DNA of 64,000 nucleotides from Euryarchaeota archaeon UBA558 (GCA_002507175.1 DAZE01000020.1:5872-69871), one strand, 5' to 3'; positions 48,445 to 58,900 are shown, counted from the first letter of the stretch. A program made the numbers and translations. The notes: generated by a model from the letters alone, not told the origin.

Positions 48445-51400
48445 TGGACTTGGTAATCTGGTCGGCATTTTCGACCACCACAAATCCGTATTGTTCCTCG
48501 AGCGACCTTCTTATCATACGAAAATCTGAATCTCTCGTGGCCACCAATACAGAACCGACGTCCCGGAGCTTCGGCGATATGCTGCTCGAATAAGAAGCCA
48601 AACTAGCTGCATCGATGATTATCTGTCGATCCCCCTCCTCGGGGTAGATCGCCTTACCATTAATCACGGATCTTGATGGCTCGTCATCTCTTCTTTGCCG
48701 CTTGCTTTCATCTATTTTCGCAAAGATGTTTGAGTGGCTTTCGAGGAAGTTGCTAAGACTACTAATGATCGAATTGTCCTGCTCGAATGCAAGATTGACC
48801 CCACTGAATACCTCAATGACATAATTTCGAATTTCCTCTATCCCTGCATTTTCTATAGATGACCATAAGCCTTGGTCTTGGTATTCGCCGTGAAAAAGCC
48901 TCTTTGAGGTAGAGACGTCGCGTGTTCTATTGGAAAACTCCTTCATAACTGATTCTGGTAAGTAGGTTTTGATCGACCCTGCGTCTTTCTGTCTTCTCAA
49001 TGCCCATTGAAACGCTCTTTCCAGGGACCAATCCAGATTACCCAAACCATAAGGTGAACCCCGCTTGATCAATTCGTCTTTGAATGCGTCAATTAGCAAG
49101 TTGGTGTCTACAATGACAAGCGGTTTCAAACTTGTTATGTTGAAGGTTCTTCGGTCCTTGATAGGTATGGAAGACTCCAATGTGGTGAACATAGACCTTT
49201 GAGATCGCCGAAGTCTTCTGACTCCCTCCTCATCGAAACCCCCGTGATTAATTGCAGATTGGAACATTCTCAATCCAGAAAGTGGCTTTCTCTCAGCCTG
49301 TTCTTGTGCAATTAAGGATATTTCAAGCACGTCCCTCCCCTTCTGCAATTCCTCTTTTAGTCGCCTCTCAAGTCTATCTTCATTCCTGCGCCCTGGCCTA
49401 TCAAGCCTCTTTAATGCCGCCTTTACCCGGCCTTCGAAAGGATCACTCGGAAGTCCTAACTCATCTGGATAAGTCCTCAATCCGTTAATTTCCTGGGTCT
49501 TTTCTTCTTGATCCATATCCGAAGCATATCCCAACACTAGATTGGTCGCAACGTCGCTTCTGCCCTTGTCGTATTCACTACAAACTCTGAGAAATAATTG
49601 AAACCTTCGGGTTATCGCAGCCATCAATTCGGCATTTCGATCAATTAGGTCAACAGCCTGTTTCCATGCTTTGGCGTGTGCGAAGTGAATCAGTGCCATC
49701 CGCCGAAGTTGTGTAGTTCTCTCAAACCTTTGAGGCTCCAATCGCCTCGCAGCCTCTAGGAAACATCTTCCTGCATTCAGATGGTCTCCTTTACCGATCG
49801 AGATAGCGGCTCTCACTATCTGTGAACCAGATGAATCGGGAGCATGTTCTCGATACCATTCTTCCATTACGGGGAGGGCTATATGGTATTCTTCTATCAT
49901 TTCAGAGATTGATATCACCAATTGTATGGATAACCGTCCTTCATTGACAATCGAAACGAGAGTATCGGTCGCGGACCTCTTTTTGTCTTCGTCTTGCATT
50001 TGTAATTCAATTCTCGCTCTGTTCAGCCGTAGCAAGGTGATCAAGGAATCAAAAAGGGAAGACTCAATGTCACCTAGGCTTGAATTATCGGCAGCGGTAA
50101 TCAATTGCTCTATGCTATTTTCCCTCACTATGCCCGTTCCGTCCTCCAATAGGGCCCTTCTAGTTTGATTCAAGGCCTTGATTCCAGTCGTGCCAAGCCT
50201 ATCATGAAGGGCATTGAGGTCATGGGAGAATCCGTTTATTACAGCTAGCAATGCCACAGAAACCTCGGAAAGACAAGGATCCTCAATCCTTTCTAAGGCC
50301 TCTATCGATTTCTTTCTGAGGTCGACCATCCTGTCCATTTTGTTGATCCCGATTCTTGCCGACAAAAGGTGCCATACGAGCAACCCCCGCATTGGGTTTC
50401 TAACAACCGCTTCTCCGACAAGAATTTCGGATAGCAGCTTTATTTCATTTCCTTCGGTTGCTATGTCGGACAAGACTTCCAAATGGCCTGCTTTCAGACC
50501 TCTGGCAATGACCTCTTTAGCCACTATAGTCCTGATTTTTACCGATTTTGAACCATCATATAGTATCTCGATCAACCCTGATGAGTCTATTTTTTTTGCA
50601 CTTTCGGAAGCCATTTCCATCAAATCCTTATCATTCCCAGAAAATCTTCCCACTGCAATTAGCACGTCGATCGGCCACATTGGACGGCCAAGAATGACTT
50701 CTCGAGCCCCATCAAGTCGATTTCCGTCAATCAGTTTCGATGCAATCATGAAACTCAACTTAGCCGGCCAAGCCGAACCGTGACTGTCCAACAAGTCCCC
50801 ACCTCCCGTAAGTGCATCTAGGTCTAGATCTAAATCTGGGAGACTCACGGCCCGCCAGGCCTCAATTATCACAGCGTAGGATAGCCTACTCTCAGGCTCT
50901 TTTTTGATCCACGAGGCCACGTCTTCTTCACTTTTGGAATGTCGGAACGAGTTTAGAGTCAGATACAGTGTTGCTATCTTCTTGAGATCCGGGTCGCTAG
51001 AAGCAGTTCTGAATAACGCTTCGGCGTCCTCGCCAATCGATGCCATCATTATGCCGACAAAGAGGGATCCTACACCCGTATCCGTACCAAAATCTCCAAT
51101 TTGCTTCTTGACCCTGCGCGAGTCCACTTTCGTTGAATACTCACGCCTCAACATGAGAAGTGATTTTCTCTGTTTCTGGGATAGCTTCATTGGAGGATCG
51201 ATTGATAGCCAATCATGCAATGCGGAATGGTCGATTGGATCAAAATTGGCCTTTTCCAACCATGTTTCGATATTCGACTCCGCATTTGAGACTTCCAGTA
51301 CCGGGAACCTACTCAATTCAGCGAAGATCGGAGCCTCTCTGGCCAACCTCTCCCAAGCTGGATGAACACCCTCATCGCACCTCTTTCTGACATCAGAGGC

Positions 51401-51739
51401 GTCTCTTGTGTCTTTCATTACATCGGATTGTAATAATATGTATCTGCAGAGACGAAAAGCAGGGTTGTCTTCTTCCTCGTCTCCAATAATCGCTTCCCTT
51501 GGATCTGAGGTCGATCGGCGAACCCTTCTGCCGGCACGTCGAGAGGATTTCTTGGATTCAGATCCATTATCGTCTTGACGCTCAGGACTGGTTTTCGCCG
51601 CAGCGATCCTCACTAGAGCCCTCCACGATTTCGGCAACTCCTCATATCCAACCGTACGAGAAACCTTCCTCAATCGCGCTCTCTCATCATCACCTGCAGA
51701 GGACAGTGCCTCCAGGCATTCAAGGAGTTGAGATTCCAT
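48431..51739 (-). CDS. Large helical-repeat protein with a C-terminal PIN-like nuclease domain
   Basis: The last 231 aa (48434..49126) carry the four PIN acidic positions in order: LVIVDTNLLID, PESVMKEF, IIIDAASLA, VATRDSDF. The preceding roughly 870 aa are alpha-helical-looking with no recognised motif. Confidence 0.75.
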   Translation of the reverse strand: MESQLLECLEALSSAGDDERARLRKVSRTVGYEELPKSWRALVRIAAAKTSPERQDDNGSESKKSSRRAGRRVRRSTSDPREAIIGDEEEDNPAFRLCRYILLQSDVMKDTRDASDVRKRCDEGVHPAWERLAREAPIFAELSRFPVLEVSNAESNIETWLEKANFDPIDHSALHDWLSIDPPMKLSQKQRKSLLMLRREYSTKVDSRRVKKQIGDFGTDTGVGSLFVGIMMASIGEDAEALFRTASSDPDLKKIATLYLTLNSFRHSKSEEDVASWIKKEPESRLSYAVIIEAWRAVSLPDLDLDLDALTGGGDLLDSHGSAWPAKLSFMIASKLIDGNRLDGAREVILGRPMWPIDVLIAVGRFSGNDKDLMEMASESAKKIDSSGLIEILYDGSKSVKIRTIVAKEVIARGLKAGHLEVLSDIATEGNEIKLLSEILVGEAVVRNPMRGLLVWHLLSARIGINKMDRMVDLRKKSIEALERIEDPCLSEVSVALLAVINGFSHDLNALHDRLGTTGIKALNQTRRALLEDGTGIVRENSIEQLITAADNSSLGDIESSLFDSLITLLRLNRARIELQMQDEDKKRSATDTLVSIVNEGRLSIQLVISISEMIEEYHIALPVMEEWYREHAPDSSGSQIVRAAISIGKGDHLNAGRCFLEAARRLEPQRFERTTQLRRMALIHFAHAKAWKQAVDLIDRNAELMAAITRRFQLFLRVCSEYDKGRSDVATNLVLGYASDMDQEEKTQEINGLRTYPDELGLPSDPFEGRVKAALKRLDRPGRRNEDRLERRLKEELQKGRDVLEISLIAQEQAERKPLSGLRMFQSAINHGGFDEEGVRRLRRSQRSMFTTLESSIPIKDRRTFNITSLKPLVIVDTNLLIDAFKDELIKRGSPYGLGNLDWSLERAFQWALRRQKDAGSIKTYLPESVMKEFSNRTRDVSTSKRLFHGEYQDQGLWSSIENAGIEEIRNYVIEVFSGVNLAFEQDNSIISSLSNFLESHSNIFAKIDESKRQRRDDEPSRSVINGKAIYPEEGDRQIIIDAASLASYSSSISPKLRDVGSVLVATRDSDFRMIRRSLEEQYGFVVVENADQITKSINRS

Positions 51740-51776
51740 GTTGTGATGCTCCGCAAACTTGCTCCGGAGATGAGGC

Positions 51777-52778
51777 CTACATCAACACATCGTCGTCATC
51801 GACAATCCTGGCATTCCACATCTTGAGCCATTCGCTAATGTTTTGCTCGATGTCATGTTGTTCAATTCGCCTCTCAACCGGCAGACCGTTTTCTAGGGGC
51901 TTAATTCTACAGCCACAGGCATCTCGATGTCCACCCCCATCTACATCAAATCTTGTGGCCAATTTCGTGAGGTCGAATAGGCCACCATTCTTATGAAGAA
52001 ACGAGTTTGTGTAAAATGAGGCCGAGACGGGATAATCCAGACCGTTGTCGAAGGAACCATCTAATGAGCCATGTATGATCATGCATGCATCACAATCATC
52101 ACCAGCAAACGCAGTGATTGCGTAGCCGTTTGATCTCATTCCAAGGTCATTCATCTTCACTATTGCCATTCGGTCGATGATCTCAACTCTACCCTCTATC
52201 TCCCTCGCGAGGATCTCATTTTCTGTTTTCCTTGTGGATATCGCATCTGAAACAAGCACATCGCTAACGATGTCAACAATACTGTATCCCTCAGTAAAAA
52301 GCTCCAGGACTCTCAAGGCCACACCCTCTGAGACACCCAAACAACGGCCTATCCAAACCATCGGTTCATCAGACAGATATTCGTTTCTTGTGATATCACC
52401 GCTGTCCAGTTTATCCGTCCAATACAATGCGCTTTCTAGATCACTCAGATCTATTCTATCTTTGAATAAATTAGCCGCAACCCTTGCCGCAGATGGTGAG
52501 GACCCCCAGATTCTATTAGCAGGCCATTCATTTTCCGAAGGCTTATTCGATAGGTGATGATCAATTGAAAGCCCACAACTTGGGTGATAAGGAAGATCAC
52601 AAATAGCAGTTGATGAGTCTATCCAATAGTCGAGCATTCCGTCTTTTAGTGCACCGGGATGTCCAAACTTAACCTTTGCATCTGGAAATGCCCTTAGGAG
52701 GATCGCTCCGCACAAAACTCCGTCGAGATCACCATCTGTGAGGATTTTCTCCACCTTGAGTTCTGATAACCAGCTCAT
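51777..52778 (-). CDS. DHH/DHHA1 family phosphoesterase (nanoRNase/pAp-phosphatase-like)
   Basis: TDGDLDG (motif I), ICDL, SIDHH (DHH motif) and DVDGGGH (DHHA1 GGGH). 333 aa. Confidence 0.8.
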   Translation of the reverse strand: MSWLSELKVEKILTDGDLDGVLCGAILLRAFPDAKVKFGHPGALKDGMLDYWIDSSTAICDLPYHPSCGLSIDHHLSNKPSENEWPANRIWGSSPSAARVAANLFKDRIDLSDLESALYWTDKLDSGDITRNEYLSDEPMVWIGRCLGVSEGVALRVLELFTEGYSIVDIVSDVLVSDAISTRKTENEILAREIEGRVEIIDRMAIVKMNDLGMRSNGYAITAFAGDDCDACMIIHGSLDGSFDNGLDYPVSASFYTNSFLHKNGGLFDLTKLATRFDVDGGGHRDACGCRIKPLENGLPVERRIEQHDIEQNISEWLKMWNARIVDDDDVLM

Positions 52779-52855
52779 GCACTCCGGGCCTCACCATAGG
52801 ATGTATTGGTTCCGCTTCCGAAGAGTTTTATCCTTGAAGAATCATCGGATAAAAC

Positions 52856-53263
52856 ATGGAAACCTCATGCGGTTTTGTTTTACTGAATCACAGCAGCATA
52901 CTTCTGTTGCAATACCCCCAAGGGCACTGGAGCTTTCCCAAGGGGCACGTCGAAGATGGAGAGGACCACCACACAACTGCTAGAAGGGAGTTGCTAGAAG
53001 AGACAGGAATCAGTGAACTGACCATAGTCCCTGGATGGACTAGGCGAACCGAATACACCTATTCCCGCCGTGGCTCACCCATGAAGAAGCAAGTGTTCTG
53101 GTATCTTGCAACAACTGAAGAGTTCATGGTCAAGTTGTCACATGAGCACACAAACTTCCTCTGGCTGGATCTAAACAGGGCAAAGGAACAGCTCACATTC
53201 GATCAAGAGAAGGTCATATTGAGTGAAGCAGGCCAATTTGTCGCTGAGATTGGTTTGATGTGA
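52856..53263 (+). CDS. Nudix hydrolase (Ap4A hydrolase / RppH-like size class)
   Basis: Nudix box GHWSFPKGHVEDGEDHHTTARRELLEETGI. 135 aa. TTTTATCC about 25 nt upstream of the ATG. Confidence 0.9.
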   Translation: METSCGFVLLNHSSILLLQYPQGHWSFPKGHVEDGEDHHTTARRELLEETGISELTIVPGWTRRTEYTYSRRGSPMKKQVFWYLATTEEFMVKLSHEHTNFLWLDLNRAKEQLTFDQEKVILSEAGQFVAEIGLM

Positions 53264-53265
53264 GC

Positions 53266-53898
53266 TCAAGCATTCCGCTTTCCAAGAGGAACCCAGAGCG
53301 TTTCATCTTCTCCTTGTTTCAGTGTGAACCACCTAGCCAAAACAAAAAGCCAATCTGAGAGTCTGTTTAGATACATAACCACTGTATCGCGCAGGCCATT
53401 GGGATCCTCTTGGATTATGGAACAGGCATATCTTTCTGCTCTTCTTACGATAGTACGTGAAAGGTGACATGCGGATACAACAGCAGTTCCTGTGGGAAGT
53501 ATGAAGCTCTCGAGAGGCTCCAGTTCAACAAGCATTTCGTCCATTTCCCGCAAGAGCAATTCACAGGCCTCGTCAGTCAACAAAGCCATGGCCTTTGGAA
53601 GCGAATCTGGTGGGCATGAGCATTCGCCCCCTAGGTCGAAGAGCTCTTGTTGCACCCTTCCCAGCATAGCCTCACCACGATCTCTGGATGTCAGGAATGT
53701 GGTGAGTGGGCCCCCATCTGGAGCCTCAGTTGGCGCCCTCATTAATTCACTTCGAATCATCCCAATGAATGAGTTTGCCTCATCGATAGTTCCGTACAAT
53801 TCAACCCTTGGATTTGATTTGGATACTCGAGAACCATCAAGAAGATGTGTCTCTCCACCATCTCCTCCGCCCGTATGCACTCTGTTAATTCTGACCAT
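53266..53898 (-). CDS. pduO: ATP:cob(I)alamin adenosyltransferase, PduO type
   Basis: HTGGGDGGETHLLDGSRVSKSNPRVELYGTIDEANSFIG matches the PduO-type N-terminal signature. Confidence 0.9.
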   Translation of the reverse strand: MVRINRVHTGGGDGGETHLLDGSRVSKSNPRVELYGTIDEANSFIGMIRSELMRAPTEAPDGGPLTTFLTSRDRGEAMLGRVQQELFDLGGECSCPPDSLPKAMALLTDEACELLLREMDEMLVELEPLESFILPTGTAVVSACHLSRTIVRRAERYACSIIQEDPNGLRDTVVMYLNRLSDWLFVLARWFTLKQGEDETLWVPLGKRNA

Positions 53899-53917
53899 GA
53901 GTTCTGGGAAATGCTAC

Positions 53918-54646
53918 TCACATATCATCAGTCGGTTTGGACCATGAGGAATTTTTCAAACTATGAAGAGCATTATCAACAGCCTCGTTCCATGCTGAAT
54001 CAACAGCACCCCATCCCCCGAGCTCGTTCAGCTTGTCCTCATTCTGATCCGCGAGATCGGTCCGACCGAGATGTCTGTAGATTTTTGTGATTGCGGCATA
54101 ACTCATCGCTCCAAGCCAATCTTCCTCTGCGTCCCAAGAATTTTCAAAGTACGCCAATGCGCCAGAAGGACCCTCTAGAAGCCCCCTTTGGATCTGTCTT
54201 AGCCCAGCTTTGGACCACGCTATACCCGGCACCCCGATTATTAGACCCTTGAAAATGAGATAGATTTCCATTAGAATCAAAACCGAAGCCAGTATAAACG
54301 AAGAGAGATGTTCTTGCATACCCCCATTGTCCCAATAACCTACCATGAGCGAAATACTACCCACAGTCAAAAGGCAGCCGCCAAATGGACCCACAATGAA
54401 ATCTTTTGAGGTTCTAGACATATCCCATGATCCGCGGAGTGTTCCATACGCCCCGAGCACAAGGGCGATTATCGCGGGCACCTCTGGACTTGTATCCCTG
54501 GGCCCCTGCTCAGAAATTATCAAGAAGGCACCAGAAATCAATACAAAGTAAGAAAACCGTCTGGAAATCTCGGGAAACGGCTGGTAACCGGACAGGTAAA
54601 AACAAGCACCTCCCAACGCGATCAAAAAGGCTATCCATGCGATCAT
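53918..54646 (-). CDS. Hypothetical polytopic membrane protein
   Basis: 242 aa with about 6 hydrophobic helices. The start overlaps the upstream ORF stop. Confidence 0.55.
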   Translation of the reverse strand: MIAWIAFLIALGGACFYLSGYQPFPEISRRFSYFVLISGAFLIISEQGPRDTSPEVPAIIALVLGAYGTLRGSWDMSRTSKDFIVGPFGGCLLTVGSISLMVGYWDNGGMQEHLSSFILASVLILMEIYLIFKGLIIGVPGIAWSKAGLRQIQRGLLEGPSGALAYFENSWDAEEDWLGAMSYAAITKIYRHLGRTDLADQNEDKLNELGGWGAVDSAWNEAVDNALHSLKNSSWSKPTDDM

Positions 54647-54969
54647 ACACTATCCCCTTTCCATCCCGGCATCCAGAAACGATCGTTATCCAGCCATTCT
54701 GACCACTCTCTGTCAGTCGCCCTCAACAACCTCAGAGCCCGCCTGTCCAGGCCTTGTTTGAGAGCATCATCTACCTCCTCCCTTTTCCATGAATCCTCCC
54801 ATTCTATCTGGAGCTCCCTCACAAACCGCTGCCCTTCAGGCCGATTGTCAAAGTGCCGCTCACAGATTTCCCTAAGCTCCTGCAGCCAAACTCTGGTACC
54901 AAGCATCTGGGGGTCATTATCCATGTGGCCAGTTCCCTTTTTGCGAAACAGCCAATCCCAGAACATCAC
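54643..54969 (-). CDS. Hypothetical Trp/charged-rich small protein
   Basis: 108-aa ORF with a 4-nt overlap with the downstream membrane protein gene. Confidence 0.5.
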   Translation of the reverse strand: MMFWDWLFRKKGTGHMDNDPQMLGTRVWLQELREICERHFDNRPEGQRFVRELQIEWEDSWKREEVDDALKQGLDRRALRLLRATDREWSEWLDNDRFWMPGWKGDSV

Positions 54970-55027
54970 GCCACCGTATCACGCGTCTTGACAAACGGCT
55001 ATAGTCACTTGTTGAAGTATTTGTGTT

Positions 55028-55462
55028 ATGGGAAGGGTAGTTGTTCACCTTCACGGACGGGCAAAAGACGCTTCTTTCAGGGCTTCCATATCAGATTATG
55101 CGAACAGGCTGTCAACCTCAGGTGTCACACTTGTGGAGCACAGGAATCAAACAGAACCAGATGTTTACCTAAGGGAAATAGCTGATAAAAATCCCGACCA
55201 CAACATCATACTTCTTGAAGAGAATGGCGAACAATTGGATAGTCTTCAGTACGCTGAGAAGCTCAAGCAGTGGTCATTAGATCGCTGTGATACCCACCTG
55301 GTAGTGGGACCACCCGGTGGTTTTGGACCATCCAGCAATCCACATACATCGATTTCCCTTGGTATGATTACTTTGCCACATGAGCTTGCAGCGGTGGTAC
55401 TCTTGGAACAGTTATATCGGGCGTCAACAATAAACAAAGGGTTGCCTTATCATCGAAGGTGA
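55028..55462 (+). CDS. rlmH: 23S rRNA (pseudouridine-N3)-methyltransferase RlmH (SPOUT)
   Basis: C-terminal HLVVGPPGGF...SLGMITLPHELAAVVLLEQLYRASTINKGLPYHR matches the RlmH signature (IGG..G...LS...T..H...R..L.EQ.YRA....G.PYH). Confidence 0.85.
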   Translation: MGRVVVHLHGRAKDASFRASISDYANRLSTSGVTLVEHRNQTEPDVYLREIADKNPDHNIILLEENGEQLDSLQYAEKLKQWSLDRCDTHLVVGPPGGFGPSSNPHTSISLGMITLPHELAAVVLLEQLYRASTINKGLPYHRR

Positions 55463-55474
55463 CTACGTATCGGA

Positions 55475-55852
55475 TCATAGGTTCCCTTCATCTTCGCTGA
55501 CGCTGGCTATCTCGTTGTTTTCATTCACGATGACGATCTTGGGTTTATGCTCATGGACAGAATCGACATCCACGTGCAGAAAAGAAAGAATGATTACCAG
55601 ATCACCTGGTTTCACAAGGTGTGCAGCGGCCCCGTTTATGCATATCTCCCGAGATCCCCGGGGCGCCTTGATCGCGTAAGTCTCGAGCCTTTCCCCATTA
55701 GTCACATCCAATATCGCGACTTTTTCCCATTCGATGATGTCAGCGGCCTCCATCAGGTCTACGTCTATCGATACGGAACCAACATAATTCAAATCAGCTT
55801 GGGTCACTGTTGCTCGATGAATTTTGCCGTTCAGTAGCACTTTCGACGCCAT
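55475..55852 (-). CDS. panD: Aspartate 1-decarboxylase, pyruvoyl-dependent
   Basis: KIHRATVTQADLNYVGSVSID contains the Gly-Ser self-cleavage site. 125 aa. Confidence 0.92.
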   Translation of the reverse strand: MASKVLLNGKIHRATVTQADLNYVGSVSIDVDLMEAADIIEWEKVAILDVTNGERLETYAIKAPRGSREICINGAAAHLVKPGDLVIILSFLHVDVDSVHEHKPKIVIVNENNEIASVSEDEGNL

Positions 55853-55982
55853 AAGATACTACCTCCTGAAACTATTCAATCCAAGTGGGCCAGATTTGAT
55901 ACTCCGACTCCCTCCATGATACCCACATGCAGCCTTTCCGGGTGCGATTCAAATATGTGTCTGAGGTAAGGGGCAACCCGGT

Positions 55983-58900
55983 GTGGGTATGATAGCAGAT
56001 TTTGGTAGAAGGAGAGAAGTGAGTAGATCCCTGTTCCTTGTTGTTCTGATGGTAGCAAGTTTACAGACGCCGACCTTGGCCGCAACAACCACAGGTACCT
56101 CTGATAATCACAGTCCATACGAGTCTCCGCCCCAGATCCAAATTCAATCTGAGGATATCGACACTACGACAAATTATGCCCCCAATTTTGCGATGCTTCC
56201 TGACCATCCAGCCTTCAAAGACGCATCATGGTCTGACCCAGGCTTACTTTACGGGAGAATAACTGACATCTCCTTCTTGGACGAGGGATACAGATTCATG
56301 GTTGAAGAGACCGAAACGGAGGACCATGATAATGACGGAATCAACGACCTTGATGATTTGGATGATGACAACGATGGGATTTCAGACCTCATAGAGCGGT
56401 TTGATGGATGCTTCGGAACAGACCCATATGACCATGACAATGACGGTTTGAAAGATGAGTTTGACTTTGATGACGATAATGACGGTATTTTGGAGGGGCC
56501 TATCGACTATTCACAGGGCACAGATCCTTGGAATGTCAGCACTGATCGATACGTGGACCCCCAGACTACCCATCCCTGGACGGGCCTCCCAGTGGGAACT
56601 GGATACTTGGTAGATCAGGATCCATACGACCACGACAACGACGGGGTCCCTGACGAGGATATAGATGGGTCAGGAAAAGGGTCCTATGACGAAGATGATG
56701 ATAATGACGCCAGAATTGACCAATTCGTCTGGCCCTGTGACTTTGATGGCGATGGCCTTCAGGACTACTGGGATGCAGATGACGATAATGATGGCGTGAT
56801 CGATATCTGGGACACACATCCATGGAACAGTTCTGAAACTCGGAACATAACTGCTACCGCGCAGAACTGGAGCGCCGCTGAATCATGGGCATCTAGCAAA
56901 ACTCACCAGGTATCCATAACCGAAAACGGGTACTCAACACCTAATTTGGCCATAGAGATCGGAGACTCGGTTAGGTGGACAAATGACGATATCGAGAACC
57001 GTACTGTGACGGCAGCAGACGGCTCATTCGACAGCGGCATAATCCCCCCCGGCGGATTCTTCGTCCACTTGTTTGAAAATGAGGGCCAGACAAGATATTC
57101 CGAAACAGCAGGAACAGGTGTTGGAGATGGAACAATTACTACAAATGCTGCAACTGGCTTGCCCTTCCCAGACGCATTCAACCTCGACTTCGATACATAT
57201 GGTAAAGAGAAGCTCGACTTCGCCTTCAAGGAGCAAAATCTATGGCATCCTCGGAATCCTGCATTCGATCAGATTGTTGACGGAGATCTGGATGGCGACG
57301 GATTACCCAATTTCATCGATCCCGATAATGACAATGACGGAACACCTGATTCCGCGGACACTGATGACGATAACGATGGCTTGCTGGACATGTGGGACAT
57401 AGACGATGACAACGATGGCATCCCAGATAACTGTCTGAATGTCCTTGGCCCACAAGATAACATGGAGGGCTTCTCAGAATACTTTGGCCAAACTCCTGGA
57501 GTTGATTGTGAGATCGACTATGACAGGGACGCCGACGACGATGCCTACAGAGCGATCGATTCGGACTATGATTTGGTTTGGGATTGGAAGGACACAGATC
57601 TTGGCGCAGCAGATCCTGCAGATAACCTACTCGGAAATCCATCCTTAGATCCGAACGACCTGCCTTATGATTTGGACAATGATGGAATTTTGAATCAGGA
57701 CGATCCATATCCCATGGTGCATTCCGATGTAATTGATACCTGGAACTGCGAGTCGCTGCAGAACCCGAATCCAGTGAACCCAGACCCTAGGTGCTTAACA
57801 GAGCGAAAATCGTACACAGGAAACAACGATTGGGACGGCGACGGCTTCTCTAACTGGGAGGACGTCGATGATGACAATGACGGCGTTCTGGACTGGCTGG
57901 ACATAGATGAGAACTGCGATCTTGATGACGATAACGATCTTCATCTCCTAAACGGTTCCAGATACCGGGACGATGGTCCCAACGCCATTGATACTGACAT
58001 TGATGGCGATGGCCTGTCAAATGATGAGGATTGGGATGATGACAATGACGGAATATCCGACCTGTACGACCCAGACGACGGGAATTGCGGTGTAGTGGAC
58101 ATTGATTCCACCGATCAATTTGACAACTCGTATTCTCACCAAGACGGCGACATCATAGACGGTAGCGCCGATAGTCAAATCTATGTCGGCACAGGGACAC
58201 TGCAATGGGATATGTTCTGGCACTTTAGCCCATTTTTCGTAGATCATGGATTCGTTCTTCCATACAATGGATACCAAGATGACTTCACATTTGGACCTCC
58301 TACGATCGTTTCCAATGGAAATGTCCCAGAGATGTATTGGCATGTCATGATGAAATGGAGCCCATGGAATGGCAACAACTACTTTGACCTCGATATGGAT
58401 GGAGACTCTTTGATCAATGGTATCGATGTTGACATAGACGCTGATGGCGTCCCAAATTGGTGGGACAGGGATGAGGGCTCCGACGGAAGACTGGATGTGA
58501 ACGATCCAGCATATGGTGGCTCATTGGATGACGGAGAATGCGACTTGTCCATGTCTTTCCTGTTGGGTCTGGACGACGATCAAATTAGCTGTGGCATAGC
58601 CTTGGCATGGCTCTATGGATTCCCACTCAGTCAGGCTAGATCCAGTAATGGTGTCCCATTCGTCCTACCATATTCCTCTAGGCCAGATCCACTCTACACT
58701 GATGGCCCATACAACGGAGAGAATTCTGCTGGTATTAATGACTTCACCTGTGAAACCAACTGCTTTCACTTCGATTTCCTCGGCCCTGCAGACGCAGGCC
58801 CTTCCGCTGCCGTGACATTTGATGACATGATCAACAACAGGGACCTGTGGACGGCCTACGTTGGAATTAATTTTGGCATGTTCCAATGGGTCTCCGACGG

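Noticed and set aside
50214-50783. 189-aa plus-strand ORF (also 50904..51365 and 51499..51996)
   Set aside because: All lie antisense within the continuous 1102-aa and DHH ORFs. Their sequences are Ser/Ile/Phe-rich and low-complexity, and they make no independent operon sense.
55876-56118. 80-aa minus-strand ORF upstream of panD
   Set aside because: It overlaps the signal-peptide-encoding start of the giant plus-strand gene and has an implausible composition.
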